A stretch of 64,000 nucleotides of DNA from Acutalibacteraceae bacterium (GTDB lineage: Bacteria > Bacillota > Clostridia > Oscillospirales > Acutalibacteraceae), in contig JAZSHV010000034.1 in NCBI GenBank assembly GCA_045533475.1, positions 4,703-68,702 on the forward strand, in the 5' to 3' direction. This document shows positions 28,661 through 37,174 of the stretch, piece by piece; within the stretch, counting starts at the first letter, position 1; each line of letters begins with the position of its first letter. The position numbers were made by a program, and so were the translations under genes. Below the pieces are notes generated by a model. That model saw nothing but the letters and a program-made list of their open reading frames with translations. It was not told the DNA's origin and did no database searches.

Positions 28661-31123
28661 ATGGCAACAAAAAAGAAAGGAAGTAGCAACCGTAAGAAAA
28701 GCACATCAGGAAGCGTAAGGGCTGAGCAGAATTCAGTAGCAGGCAGACGCCAGTTAATGGCGGTTGTGTGGTTCGCTGTGGCTGTGTTCTTTCTTTGCGT
28801 TGTGTTCATAGAAGGGCAGAATCTTTGGAAATGGATGCATAATACCATTTTCGGAATATTTGGAATCACTGCCTATTTTTATCCGTTTTTAATGGGCTTT
28901 GTGGCAGTTATGTTTGCAATGGATAAAATCAACGGTTCAATTACTGCCAAGATAATAGAATCGGGACTTTTAGTGGTTTTTGTAGGCGCTGCGGTTGATG
29001 TTTTTTCGAAGCATAACGCGAATATAACCTTTTGGGAGCATCTTACAAATGCCTTTGAAAGAGGCTCCGAGCTTAAAAGCGGCGGTTTTATTGGAGCGCT
29101 TATTGGTCAGCCGCTTTACCTTGCATTCGGTAAGACCGGCGCGGCTATTACAATAATACTGCTTATATTTGTTTTCTTTATGATAATTACAGGTACTACT
29201 CTTATGGTGCTGTTTAGTACAATATCAAAGCCTGTAAAAACCATATCGGAACAGGCAGAAAGCGCATATCAGGCAAGAATTGAAAGGGAAGAAAATCAAC
29301 CGAAAAGCGATAAAAAGCTTAAGGTTATAAAGGGCTTTGATGTTGATATTCCGGTTGATGATATTCCCGAAAAGCGTAAAAAGGATAACGGAAGTCTTAC
29401 CGATAAGCAACGCAAAGTGGTAAGTACATATTATGACGAGCCAATAAAAGAGGAGTCCGTTAAAAGGACTGCTAAAATTACCGAAAATACGGCAGATACA
29501 CCTGACGGTGCAGATGACCGCAAGCATATATCTGAGGCTTTGGATGCAACGGTTAAAGAGGCTAAGGATGAAAAGCTACAGGAAAAGATTGATTTTAAGG
29601 CAGAAACCGATAAGTTTACAGAGTCCTTGAAGGACGGTCTTGATACTGCTACCGATAACGGCTATAAATTCCCTCCGCTTACATTGCTTAAAGAGTCTGA
29701 AACGGCTACTAATGTAGGCGCGGCAGGCTCTGAGGTTACGGCTGAGCATCTTGTAGAGACCTTGCGTAGCTTTGGTGTTGAAACAAGGATTGTAAATATC
29801 AGCCGCGGTCCGACAGTTACGAGATATGAGCTTCAGCCCTGCGCAGGAGTTAAAATCAGCAGGATAACTAATTTGGCAGACGATATTGCTCTTAATCTTG
29901 CTTCCTCGGGGGTTAGAATTGAAGCTCCAATTCCAAATAAGGCGGCAGTAGGTATTGAGGTGCCTAATAAGTCGAGCGATGTTGTAGGTGTGAGAGGTAT
30001 ATTCGAATCTCCGGCATTTACCTCGGCTAAGAGTAAGCTTACGGTAGCGCTTGGACGGGATATTGCAGGCAATGCAGTTGTCACCGATATTGCAAAAATG
30101 CCTCACGGTCTTATCGCGGGTGCTACAGGTTCGGGTAAATCGGTCTGCATAAACAGTATAATTATGAGTATTCTCTATAAGGCTACACCTGAGGAAGTAA
30201 AGCTTCTTATGGTTGACCCTAAGGTTGTAGAGCTTGGTGTTTATAACGGTATTCCGCATCTGTTGGTTCCTGTTGTTACCGACCCCCGTAAGGCTTCGGG
30301 CGCACTTGGATGGGCAGTAAGCGAAATGGAAAAGCGTTATAAAATGTTTGCTGACAGAGATGTAAGAAACATTGAGGGCTATAACCGTTTTGTAGAGGAT
30401 CTTGGAGACCCTGAAATAGAAAAGATGCCCCATATCGTTATCATTATAGACGAGCTTGCAGACCTTATGATGACTGCACCAAAAGAGGTAGAGGATTCTA
30501 TAAACCGTATTGCGGCTAAGGCAAGAGCGGCAGGTATGCATCTTATTATAGCTACTCAGAGACCGTCTGTTGATGTCGTTACAGGTGTTATTAAGGCAAA
30601 TATTCCAACAAGAATTGCCTTTGCGGTTTCAAGTCAGATAGATAGCCGTACAATACTTGATGTCGGCGGAGCGGAAAGACTTTTAGGCAGAGGCGATATG
30701 CTCTTTAATCCTGTGGGGGCGGCTAAGCCTAACCGCATTCAGGGCTGTTTTGTAAGTGATGATGAGGTCGAGGCGGTTGTTGATTATATCAAGGGTGACC
30801 GTACAGCAGATTATGACGACAATGTAATGGTTGAGATTGAACGTCAGGCGGCGGTTGAGAAAAAGCAGAAAACCGGTCTTGCTGAGGACGGTCCTGACGA
30901 GGACCCGATGCTTCAGGATGCCATAAAGGTAGTTGTAGAAAACGGTATGGCGTCAACCTCGCTTTTACAACGAAAGCTTAAATTGGGTTACGCAAGAGCG
31001 GCGCGAATAGTTGATGAAATGGAGCAACGCGGAGTAGTCGGTCCTTATGAGGGCTCTAAGCCGCGAAAGGTGCTTATTACAATGGACCAGCTTATGGAGC
31101 GCGAGGCTGCCGGTGACGAATAG
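28661..31123 (+). CDS. ftsK: DNA translocase FtsK/SpoIIIE
   Basis: N-terminal TM domain, Walker A GATGSGKS, and C-terminal winged-helix gamma domain LLQRKLKLGYARAARIVDEME. Confidence 0.96.
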   Translation: MATKKKGSSNRKKSTSGSVRAEQNSVAGRRQLMAVVWFAVAVFFLCVVFIEGQNLWKWMHNTIFGIFGITAYFYPFLMGFVAVMFAMDKINGSITAKIIESGLLVVFVGAAVDVFSKHNANITFWEHLTNAFERGSELKSGGFIGALIGQPLYLAFGKTGAAITIILLIFVFFMIITGTTLMVLFSTISKPVKTISEQAESAYQARIEREENQPKSDKKLKVIKGFDVDIPVDDIPEKRKKDNGSLTDKQRKVVSTYYDEPIKEESVKRTAKITENTADTPDGADDRKHISEALDATVKEAKDEKLQEKIDFKAETDKFTESLKDGLDTATDNGYKFPPLTLLKESETATNVGAAGSEVTAEHLVETLRSFGVETRIVNISRGPTVTRYELQPCAGVKISRITNLADDIALNLASSGVRIEAPIPNKAAVGIEVPNKSSDVVGVRGIFESPAFTSAKSKLTVALGRDIAGNAVVTDIAKMPHGLIAGATGSGKSVCINSIIMSILYKATPEEVKLLMVDPKVVELGVYNGIPHLLVPVVTDPRKASGALGWAVSEMEKRYKMFADRDVRNIEGYNRFVEDLGDPEIEKMPHIVIIIDELADLMMTAPKEVEDSINRIAAKARAAGMHLIIATQRPSVDVVTGVIKANIPTRIAFAVSSQIDSRTILDVGGAERLLGRGDMLFNPVGAAKPNRIQGCFVSDDEVEAVVDYIKGDRTADYDDNVMVEIERQAAVEKKQKTGLAEDGPDEDPMLQDAIKVVVENGMASTSLLQRKLKLGYARAARIVDEMEQRGVVGPYEGSKPRKVLITMDQLMEREAAGDE

Positions 31124-32031
31124 TGAGTAAGAGCAATATAGGTAAAATAAGGCTTGCGGCAGGCTTTATCTGTGCGCTAATGCTTATAGCCTTGTTAACT
31201 GTTGCAACTGTACTGAACGGCAGTAAGCTTAGTGATGTATGGCTGAGACTAACAAACGAGTTTGATAAATCAAGGGATTTCGTTTGCTTTGTGGATGTGG
31301 GACAGGCAGATTGCAGTATTGTTTACAGCAACGGTCGGTGTATGCTAATAGATACCGGCAGCTCCGATTCGGTTGATTCTGTCTGCAACACGCTTGATAG
31401 CTTTGAAATCAGTAAGATAGATGTTCTGCTTATATCGCATCTTCATTATGACCATATCGGAGGAATAAGCCGCATTCTTGAGTGCTATAGTGTGGATAAT
31501 CTTATATTGCCTCAGCTTTCACCCGAAATTGAGGGCTTGGAATTGGCGAATAAAGCTTTAAATCAGGTGAGGGAATCAGGCGGTAAGATTTATACCGCAG
31601 AGCAGGGAATGAATTTCACTGTTGGAGAATTTGAGACTACTGTGCTCGCAACCTTTAATCACCTAAAAGAAGAAAATGACCGTTCGGTTGTTGCAGTTGT
31701 AGAAAAGGAAGATAAAAAATTTCTTTTCACAGGAGATGCGGGTACTTCTGCTGAAAAAAACCTATTAAAAGAAGGGTTAATGCTTGATTGCGATGTCTTG
31801 AAGGTGGGACATCATGGCAGTAGTGATGCAACATCAACGGAATTTATTAAATCGACCAAACCTCACTATGCAGTAATTTCAGTTGGTAAGGATAATATAT
31901 ACGGTCATCCTTCAAATGGAGTAGTTAGTGAACTTAAAGCTATTAATGCAGAGGTTTTCCGCACCGATACCCAAGGGAATATTATATTCACCGTTAAAGA
32001 CGGTGTGGTATATCCCGAAATTGGAGGGTGA
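31123..32031 (+). CDS. membrane-anchored MBL-fold hydrolase (ComEC C-terminal-domain-like)
   Basis: Sequence VDVGQADC..ISHLHYDHIGG..KVGHHGS. GTG start overlaps the ftsK stop. Confidence 0.82.
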   Translation: MSKSNIGKIRLAAGFICALMLIALLTVATVLNGSKLSDVWLRLTNEFDKSRDFVCFVDVGQADCSIVYSNGRCMLIDTGSSDSVDSVCNTLDSFEISKIDVLLISHLHYDHIGGISRILECYSVDNLILPQLSPEIEGLELANKALNQVRESGGKIYTAEQGMNFTVGEFETTVLATFNHLKEENDRSVVAVVEKEDKKFLFTGDAGTSAEKNLLKEGLMLDCDVLKVGHHGSSDATSTEFIKSTKPHYAVISVGKDNIYGHPSNGVVSELKAINAEVFRTDTQGNIIFTVKDGVVYPEIGG

Positions 32032-32034
32032 AAT

Positions 32035-32514
32035 ATGGTGAGGCGGATAACACTTTACGGTATTTTAACGGCTTTGTGTATTGTTTTGGGGTATATTGAG
32101 TCCTTATTGCCTTTGGATTTTATTGCACCGGGTATTAAAATAGGATTAAGTAATTCGGTTGCGCTTTTGTTGGTTGTGAAAAAGGATATTAAGGGTGCTT
32201 TTTTTGTAAACATAGTAAGGATTTTGTTATCTGCGTTGCTATTTTCAGCGCCGTCTATATTGATTTATTCTCTTTCAGGGGGAATAATATCAATTGTTGT
32301 AATAAGTCTTGCTTTGAAAACTAACAAGCTGAGCACGGTTGGACTTAGCATAGCAGGCGCGGTTACGCATAATCTTACACAGCTTACAGTTGCAGTGCTT
32401 ATGCTTGGCAGGGGCGTGTGGTATTATCTACCTATTTTATTAATATCGGCTGTGATTTCGGGAATGGCTACAGGTACAGTAGCAGAGATTTTGTTCAAGA
32501 AAAAAATAATATAG
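32035..32514 (+). CDS. Gx transporter family membrane protein
   Basis: 159-aa polytopic protein with sequence LGYIESLLPLDFIAPGIKIGLSN. Confidence 0.75.
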   Translation: MVRRITLYGILTALCIVLGYIESLLPLDFIAPGIKIGLSNSVALLLVVKKDIKGAFFVNIVRILLSALLFSAPSILIYSLSGGIISIVVISLALKTNKLSTVGLSIAGAVTHNLTQLTVAVLMLGRGVWYYLPILLISAVISGMATGTVAEILFKKKII

Positions 32515-32540
32515 TTTTTTCTTTAAAGGAGTGACTCGCA

Positions 32541-34382
32541 ATGTGCGGATTTACAGGCTTTACTAATTTTATAAAGGATGACGGAACGGTTCTTGAAAAA
32601 ATGATGAACCGTATTGTTCATCGCGGCCCCGATTCGTCGGGAAAGTATGTTGATGAGGACGTTGCCTTGGGCTTTAGACGGTTAAGCATTATAGACCTTG
32701 CCGAGGGTGACCAGCCAATGTTTAACGAGGATAAATCGTTGGTGCTTGTTTTTAACGGAGAGATTTATAACTTTAAAGAGCTTCGCGCTGAACTTATAGA
32801 AGCGGGACACATTTTTGCCAATAATTCTGACAGTGAGGTATTAATTCACGGTTATGAGCAATGGGGCGAGGAACTCGTTTCACGACTGCGCGGTATGTTT
32901 GGTTTTGTAATTTTTAACCGTAGTGATAAGTCGCTGTTTGCCGCTCGTGATATGTTTGGAATAAAGCCGTTTTACTATACCTTTATGGGTGAGAGCTTTA
33001 TTTTTGGCTCTGAAATAAAGTCATTTCTTGACCATCCTGAATTTAAAAAGGAGCTTAATGAGGATGCGCTTGCGCACTATCTCTCATTCCAGTATTCACC
33101 TACCGAAGAAACCTTTTTCAAGAATGTATACAAGCTTCCGCCCGCGCATTATTTCACCTTTAAAAACGGTGAGATGAAGACAGTTCGTTACTGGAAGCCT
33201 AATTTTAAGGAAACCGACGGTGTACTTGAATATTTTGCAGACCTTACCGATAAAACTGTCAGGGAATCTGTTGCGGCGCATAAAATTGCTGATGTTGAGG
33301 TTGGTTCATTTTTGTCCTCTGGTATAGATTCAAGCTATATTGCAGAGGCGGCAAATGTGGATAAGACCTTTACTGTAGGATTCGAAAGTCCTGACGGAGA
33401 CCGCTATAACGAAATTCATTATGCACAGGATTTTGCCAAGACCATAGGAGTTGAAAATATTTCGAAGGTTATTACACCTGAGGAATATTGGTCTGCATTT
33501 CCGCTTATACAGTATCATATGGACGAGCCTCTTGCAGACCCTGCGGCTATAGCGCTTTATTTTGTAAGTAAGCTTGCAAGTGAGCATGTAAAGGTTGTAA
33601 TGTCGGGCGAGGGGGCTGATGAGCTTTTCGGCGGCTATCGTATTTATCAGGAGCCGATTACACTCACGGTTTACGATAAGCTCCCATTCTTTATTCGCCG
33701 TGCAGTGTCAAAAATATGTTCACATCTTCCGCAGAAGTACGGTATTAACTATCTTGTAAGACGAGGTAAAACAATCGAGGAGCGTTTTATCGGTAATGCA
33801 AGCATATTCTCTACGAAGGAGCGAAACGAGCTTCTTAAAGGTGAAAAAGCTAAACTTGCAGTTGAGCCCAAGGTGCTGTGCGATAAGTTCTATAGCGAGG
33901 TAAAGGATAAGGATACTGTTACTAAAATGCAGTATTTAGATATAAATATGTGGCTTATGGGCGATATTCTGCTTAAGGCTGACAAAACAAGTATGGCAAA
34001 TTCTCTCGAATTAAGAGTTCCGTTCCTTGATAAAAAGGTTATGGAGTTTGCTCAGACTATTCCCCTTAAGTGTCGTGTTAATACCGTAACTACAAAGTTG
34101 GCGCTAAGAAAAGCTGCAGAAAAGACCTTACCAAAGCGTACCGCTACTAAGGATAAGCTCGGTTTTCCTGTGCCGATTAGAGTATGGCTTAAAGAGGAGC
34201 AGTACTATAATACGGTAAAGGAAAGATTTACGGGCAAAGCGTCTGAACAGTTCTTTAATACCGATAAGCTTATAGCTTTACTTGATACACATAAGTCAGG
34301 TAAGGCAGATGTAAGCCGTAAGATATGGACAGTTTATACCTTCCTTGTATGGTACGAGCAGTTTTTTGAAAAAGAAAATTAA
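32541..34382 (+). CDS. asnB: asparagine synthase (glutamine-hydrolysing)
   Basis: N-terminal MCGF nucleophile Cys2 and PP-loop SFLSSGIDSS. Confidence 0.95.
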   Translation: MCGFTGFTNFIKDDGTVLEKMMNRIVHRGPDSSGKYVDEDVALGFRRLSIIDLAEGDQPMFNEDKSLVLVFNGEIYNFKELRAELIEAGHIFANNSDSEVLIHGYEQWGEELVSRLRGMFGFVIFNRSDKSLFAARDMFGIKPFYYTFMGESFIFGSEIKSFLDHPEFKKELNEDALAHYLSFQYSPTEETFFKNVYKLPPAHYFTFKNGEMKTVRYWKPNFKETDGVLEYFADLTDKTVRESVAAHKIADVEVGSFLSSGIDSSYIAEAANVDKTFTVGFESPDGDRYNEIHYAQDFAKTIGVENISKVITPEEYWSAFPLIQYHMDEPLADPAAIALYFVSKLASEHVKVVMSGEGADELFGGYRIYQEPITLTVYDKLPFFIRRAVSKICSHLPQKYGINYLVRRGKTIEERFIGNASIFSTKERNELLKGEKAKLAVEPKVLCDKFYSEVKDKDTVTKMQYLDINMWLMGDILLKADKTSMANSLELRVPFLDKKVMEFAQTIPLKCRVNTVTTKLALRKAAEKTLPKRTATKDKLGFPVPIRVWLKEEQYYNTVKERFTGKASEQFFNTDKLIALLDTHKSGKADVSRKIWTVYTFLVWYEQFFEKEN

Positions 34383-34442
34383 AAATTCAAAATAAATCTC
34401 CCCTGAAAGGTAATAATAACCCTACAAGGGAGGTTTTATTTT

Positions 34443-34622
34443 ATGCAGAATAATTCAATGTCATTTATAAAGGGCTTAGGAGCAGGAATGATTGCAGGAG
34501 CAGCAGCGTTGGCGGTAGGCAAGGTTATGCTTCAGGATCACAAAAATATCACCAAAGGCTCAACAAAGCTTGTAAAGGCTGTAGGAGAGTTTGTTGACGG
34601 CGTTCAGACAATGTTTCATTAA
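34443..34622 (+). CDS. small hypothetical protein, 59 aa, glycine-zipper-like hydrophobic segment (not in ORF track; below its length cutoff)
   Basis: GGGAGG Shine-Dalgarno 9 nt upstream of ATG 34443. My translation: MQNNSMSFIKGLGAGMIAGAAALAVGKVMLQDHKNITKGSTKLVKAVGEFVDGVQTMFH. A strong terminator follows directly. Confidence 0.65.
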   Translation: MQNNSMSFIKGLGAGMIAGAAALAVGKVMLQDHKNITKGSTKLVKAVGEFVDGVQTMFH

Positions 34623-34627
34623 AAAAG

Positions 34628-34656
34628 GCTGATGCAGACGCCCTGCATCAGCTTTT
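34628..34656 (+). terminator. intrinsic terminator after the 59-aa ORF
   Basis: 10-bp stem GCTGATGCAG / CTGCATCAGC, 5-nt loop, then TTTT. Confidence 0.75.
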
Positions 34657-34814
34657 CTATATAACAACAACGGGAACATCGAGCTTTTGTTTAAGTGCTT
34701 CTGCAAATGGGGTTATCGTTAAAACGGATAGTTTCTGCGGTTACCTCCGGATATTTTAAAACTCGTAAATTTAACATAAAACGACAAAATGTTCATAATT
34801 TGTTCAAAAAACAG

Positions 34815-34843
34815 TTGTAATAATGCTTCAGATATGGTATTAT
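34815..34843 (+). promoter_or_regulatory. sigma-A-type promoter for the acyltransferase-fold gene
   Basis: TTGTAA (34815-34820), 17-nt spacer, TATTAT (34838-34843). Confidence 0.5.
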
Positions 34844-34893
34844 ATTTATATATTGTATAAAAGTCGATTATTTCGGCAGATTGGGGAGAATTT

Positions 34894-35748
34894 ATGAGAG
34901 CAGATGGAAAGCGTTTGAAGAATACGGACCCTATGTATACCGTTGCGGCGCATATTATGGATAAGCGTACGGACGCTATGAATATGATAACCTTGGACAT
35001 TCCTTATGAGCCTATGCAGAATTATTTAAATGAAAAGCGTAAGCAGGGAATACAGCTGAGTCATATGTCAATATTGGTTTCCGCATATCTTAGAACGGCG
35101 GCAGAGTTTCCTGAGCTTAACCGTTTTATTGTAAATAAAAAGGCATACGCAAGAAACGAGTTTGCAGTTGCAATGGTTGTGCTTAAAGCAGGTCAGGCAG
35201 ACCACGGAACAATGTCAAAAATGTATTTTCAAAATACCGACACTATTTTTGATGTACATAAAACCATTGAAAGCTATGTGAATGATAATAGAGAGGCACC
35301 CGAAAAGAACGGTACAGAAAAGATTATAAAGTTTTTGCTAAGTCTGCCGGGGTTATTAAATGTTGGCGTTAGATTGTTTAAATTTTTAGATAGATACGGT
35401 CTGTTGCCTAAATTTATAATTGATATGTCTCCGTTCCATAACAGCTTGGTTATTTCAAACCTTATTTCAATAAGAACCAACCATATTTACCACCATTGCT
35501 ATGAATTCGGTACAACAAGTGTCTTTATTACAATGGGTAATCTCCGCGAGGTTCCAAAAAGAAAGGGCGGAGAGGTTGTGTTTGAGCGTTGTATGCCTCT
35601 CGGAATTGTAATGGATGAGAGAATTTGCTCGGGAAGTTACTTTGCAATGGCGTTCAGGAAAATGAAAAAATATCTTAATGACCCGTCGCTTTTAGAGCTT
35701 CCGCCCGAGAAAATTGTTGAAGACCCTTGCGTGCCTAAAAGAAAATAG
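34894..35748 (+). CDS. stand-alone 2-oxoacid dehydrogenase E2 / CAT-fold acyltransferase-like protein with substituted catalytic motif
   Basis: C-terminal MPLGIVMDERICSGSYFAMAFRKMKKYLNDPSLL aligns to the E2 motif MPLSLSxDHRxxDG..A.FL. There is no lipoyl or subunit-binding domain. Confidence 0.7.
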   Translation: MRADGKRLKNTDPMYTVAAHIMDKRTDAMNMITLDIPYEPMQNYLNEKRKQGIQLSHMSILVSAYLRTAAEFPELNRFIVNKKAYARNEFAVAMVVLKAGQADHGTMSKMYFQNTDTIFDVHKTIESYVNDNREAPEKNGTEKIIKFLLSLPGLLNVGVRLFKFLDRYGLLPKFIIDMSPFHNSLVISNLISIRTNHIYHHCYEFGTTSVFITMGNLREVPKRKGGEVVFERCMPLGIVMDERICSGSYFAMAFRKMKKYLNDPSLLELPPEKIVEDPCVPKRK

Positions 35749-35766
35749 ATTTTTGGGTTTGAATTC

Positions 35767-35795
35767 TTGACAAAAAGTAAAATATGGTATAAAAT
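35767..35795 (+). promoter_or_regulatory. sigma-A-type promoter for galE
   Basis: TTGACA (35767-35772), 17-nt spacer, TAAAAT (35790-35795). Confidence 0.55.
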
Positions 35796-35845
35796 ATTGA
35801 GGCTGACTGTTTAGTCGGTCTCAATGTATTATGGGAGGTTATATT

Positions 35846-36859
35846 ATGTCTATTTTAGTTACCGGCGGTGCCGGATATATTGGAAGTCATACCTGTATAG
35901 AAATGCAGAACGCTGGCTATGAGGTTATTGTTATTGATAACCTTGATAATAGTAGTGAGGAGTCACTTAAAAGGGTAGAAAAAATTACAGGTAAGCCCGT
36001 GAAATTCTATAAGGAAGATGTAAGGGATAAAGAGGCTTTAAGAAAAATATTTGCTGAGAATAAAATTGAAGCAGTAATTCATTTTGCAGGTCTTAAGGCA
36101 GTTGGCGAATCGGTAAGAGAACCGATAATGTATTATGACAACAACCTTATAAGCACTCTCTATTTGCTTGAGGTTATGAATGAATTCGGTGTTAAGAAGA
36201 TTGTTTTTTCCTCCTCAGCTACCGTTTACGGTGTTGCTACCGAGATGCCTCTTAAGGAGGGTATGCCTTTAGGTGCAATTAATCCTTACGGCAGAACAAA
36301 GTATTTCATTGAAGAAATGCTTAGAGACCTTTATGTTGCAGATAAAGATTGGACTATTGCGCTTCTCCGCTACTTTAATCCAATTGGTGCGCATAAGAGC
36401 GGTCTTATAGGTGAGGACCCCAAGGGTATTCCTAACAATCTTATGCCTTATATCAGTCAGGTGGCTGTTGGTAAACTTGAGAAGCTCCACGTTTTCGGTG
36501 ACGATTATAATACGGTTGACGGTACAGGTGTAAGAGATTACATTCATGTGGTTGACCTTGCAAACGGTCACGTTAAGGCGATTGACTGGGCGCTTGCGAA
36601 CAAGGGATGTGAGGCATTTAACCTTGGAACAGGTAACGGCACAAGTGTGTTACAGTTGAGAGATGCTTTTGTTAAGTCCAGCGGAATAGATGTACCTTAT
36701 GTTATCGACCCACGCCGTCCGGGTGACCCTGACGAGGTTTATGCAGATGCATCTAAGGCAAATGATATACTTGGATGGACTGCTAAGTTCGGTATCGATG
36801 AAATGTGTGAGGATACTTGGCGTTGGCAGAGCGGTAATCCTAAGGGATATGAAAAATAA
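35846..36859 (+). CDS. galE: UDP-glucose 4-epimerase
   Basis: Sequence ILVTGGAGYIGSH and YGRTK (YxxxK). GGGAGG before ATG 35846. Confidence 0.95.
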   Translation: MSILVTGGAGYIGSHTCIEMQNAGYEVIVIDNLDNSSEESLKRVEKITGKPVKFYKEDVRDKEALRKIFAENKIEAVIHFAGLKAVGESVREPIMYYDNNLISTLYLLEVMNEFGVKKIVFSSSATVYGVATEMPLKEGMPLGAINPYGRTKYFIEEMLRDLYVADKDWTIALLRYFNPIGAHKSGLIGEDPKGIPNNLMPYISQVAVGKLEKLHVFGDDYNTVDGTGVRDYIHVVDLANGHVKAIDWALANKGCEAFNLGTGNGTSVLQLRDAFVKSSGIDVPYVIDPRRPGDPDEVYADASKANDILGWTAKFGIDEMCEDTWRWQSGNPKGYEK

Positions 36860-36885
36860 TATCAAATCATTTTGATATTATTTTT
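36858..36885 (+). terminator. AT-rich intrinsic terminator after galE
   Basis: 9-bp stem AATATCAAA / TTTGATATT, loop TCAT, then ATTTTT. Confidence 0.5.
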
Positions 36886-36886
36886 C

Positions 36887-37001
36887 AAGTAATAAGTAAT
36901 AGTTAAGAAGTAATAAGTTCGGTGTTTTCGCTTTGCGAAAACGGTTTTAAAATCGTGCCGCTTTGCGGCACACCGCACTTCTTCACTATTCACTATTACT
37001 T
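36887..37001 (+). repeat. nested inverted-repeat element: a long imperfect outer stem enclosing two short hairpins with identical CTTTG loops
   Basis: Outer arms are AAGTAATAAGTAATAGTTAAGAAGT (36887-36911) and ACTTCTTCACTATTCACTATTACTT (36977-37001). Inner hairpins are GTTTTCG-CTTTG-CGAAAAC (36924-36942) and GTGCCG-CTTTG-CGGCAC (36955-36971). Confidence 0.6.
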
Positions 37002-37020
37002 TTTACCTCAATTTATGTTT

Positions 37021-37097
37021 CCGCTTGTGGCGCAGATGGATAACGCAGCAGATTCCGATTCTGAAGAACGGGGGTTCGAATCCCTTCAAGCGGGCCA
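37021..37097 (+). tRNA. tRNA-Arg (anticodon CCG), CCA encoded
   Basis: Hand-folded cloverleaf: acceptor CCGCTTG/CAAGCGG, D-loop with GG, anticodon loop TT-CCG-AT, T-arm GGGGG-TTCGAAT-CCCTT, discriminator G plus CCA. Confidence 0.9.
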
Positions 37098-37100
37098 AAA

Positions 37101-37129
37101 AACCGACAAGCTTTGACTTGTCGGTTTTT
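37101..37129. terminator. bidirectional intrinsic terminator (tRNA-Arg on +, trpB on -)
   Basis: 10-bp stem AACCGACAAG / CTTGTCGGTT, loop CTTTGA, with an A-run before and a T-run after. Confidence 0.7.
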
Positions 37130-37140
37130 AGACTATAGAT

Positions 37141-37169
37141 AAAGTCCCAAAAGGGGCTTTATTTTTTTT
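37141..37169 (+). terminator. second plus-strand terminator hairpin
   Basis: AAAGTCCC-AAAA-GGGGCTTT followed by ATTTTTTTT. Confidence 0.5.
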
Positions 37170-37174
37170 ACTAA

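Noticed and set aside
29576-30541. 321-aa minus-strand ORF inside ftsK.
   Set aside because: It is antisense to the conserved FtsK motor domain, with junk-like composition and no translation signals.
34640-34760. Possible gene remnant on the minus strand (frame reading ..TPFAEALKQKLDVPVVVI-stop), and the 93-aa ORF 34719..35000.
   Set aside because: The protein-like frame is only about 27 codons long, with no start codon and a stop just upstream. The 93-aa ORF overlaps the promoter and start of the acyltransferase-like gene. There is not enough evidence for a pseudogene call.
35797-35824. 11-bp hairpin (TTGAGGCTGAC / GTCGGTCTCAA) in the galE upstream region; considered as a regulatory 5-prime UTR structure.
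   Set aside because: It begins 2 nt after the predicted -10 hexamer, so the transcription start would fall inside the left arm and the full hairpin could not form in the mRNA. No U-run follows it.
36922-37116. 64-aa plus-strand ORF in the galE-trpB intergenic region.
   Set aside because: It spans the tRNA-Arg gene and the inverted-repeat element, and its start is an alternative codon with no Shine-Dalgarno. The region is better explained as RNA features.
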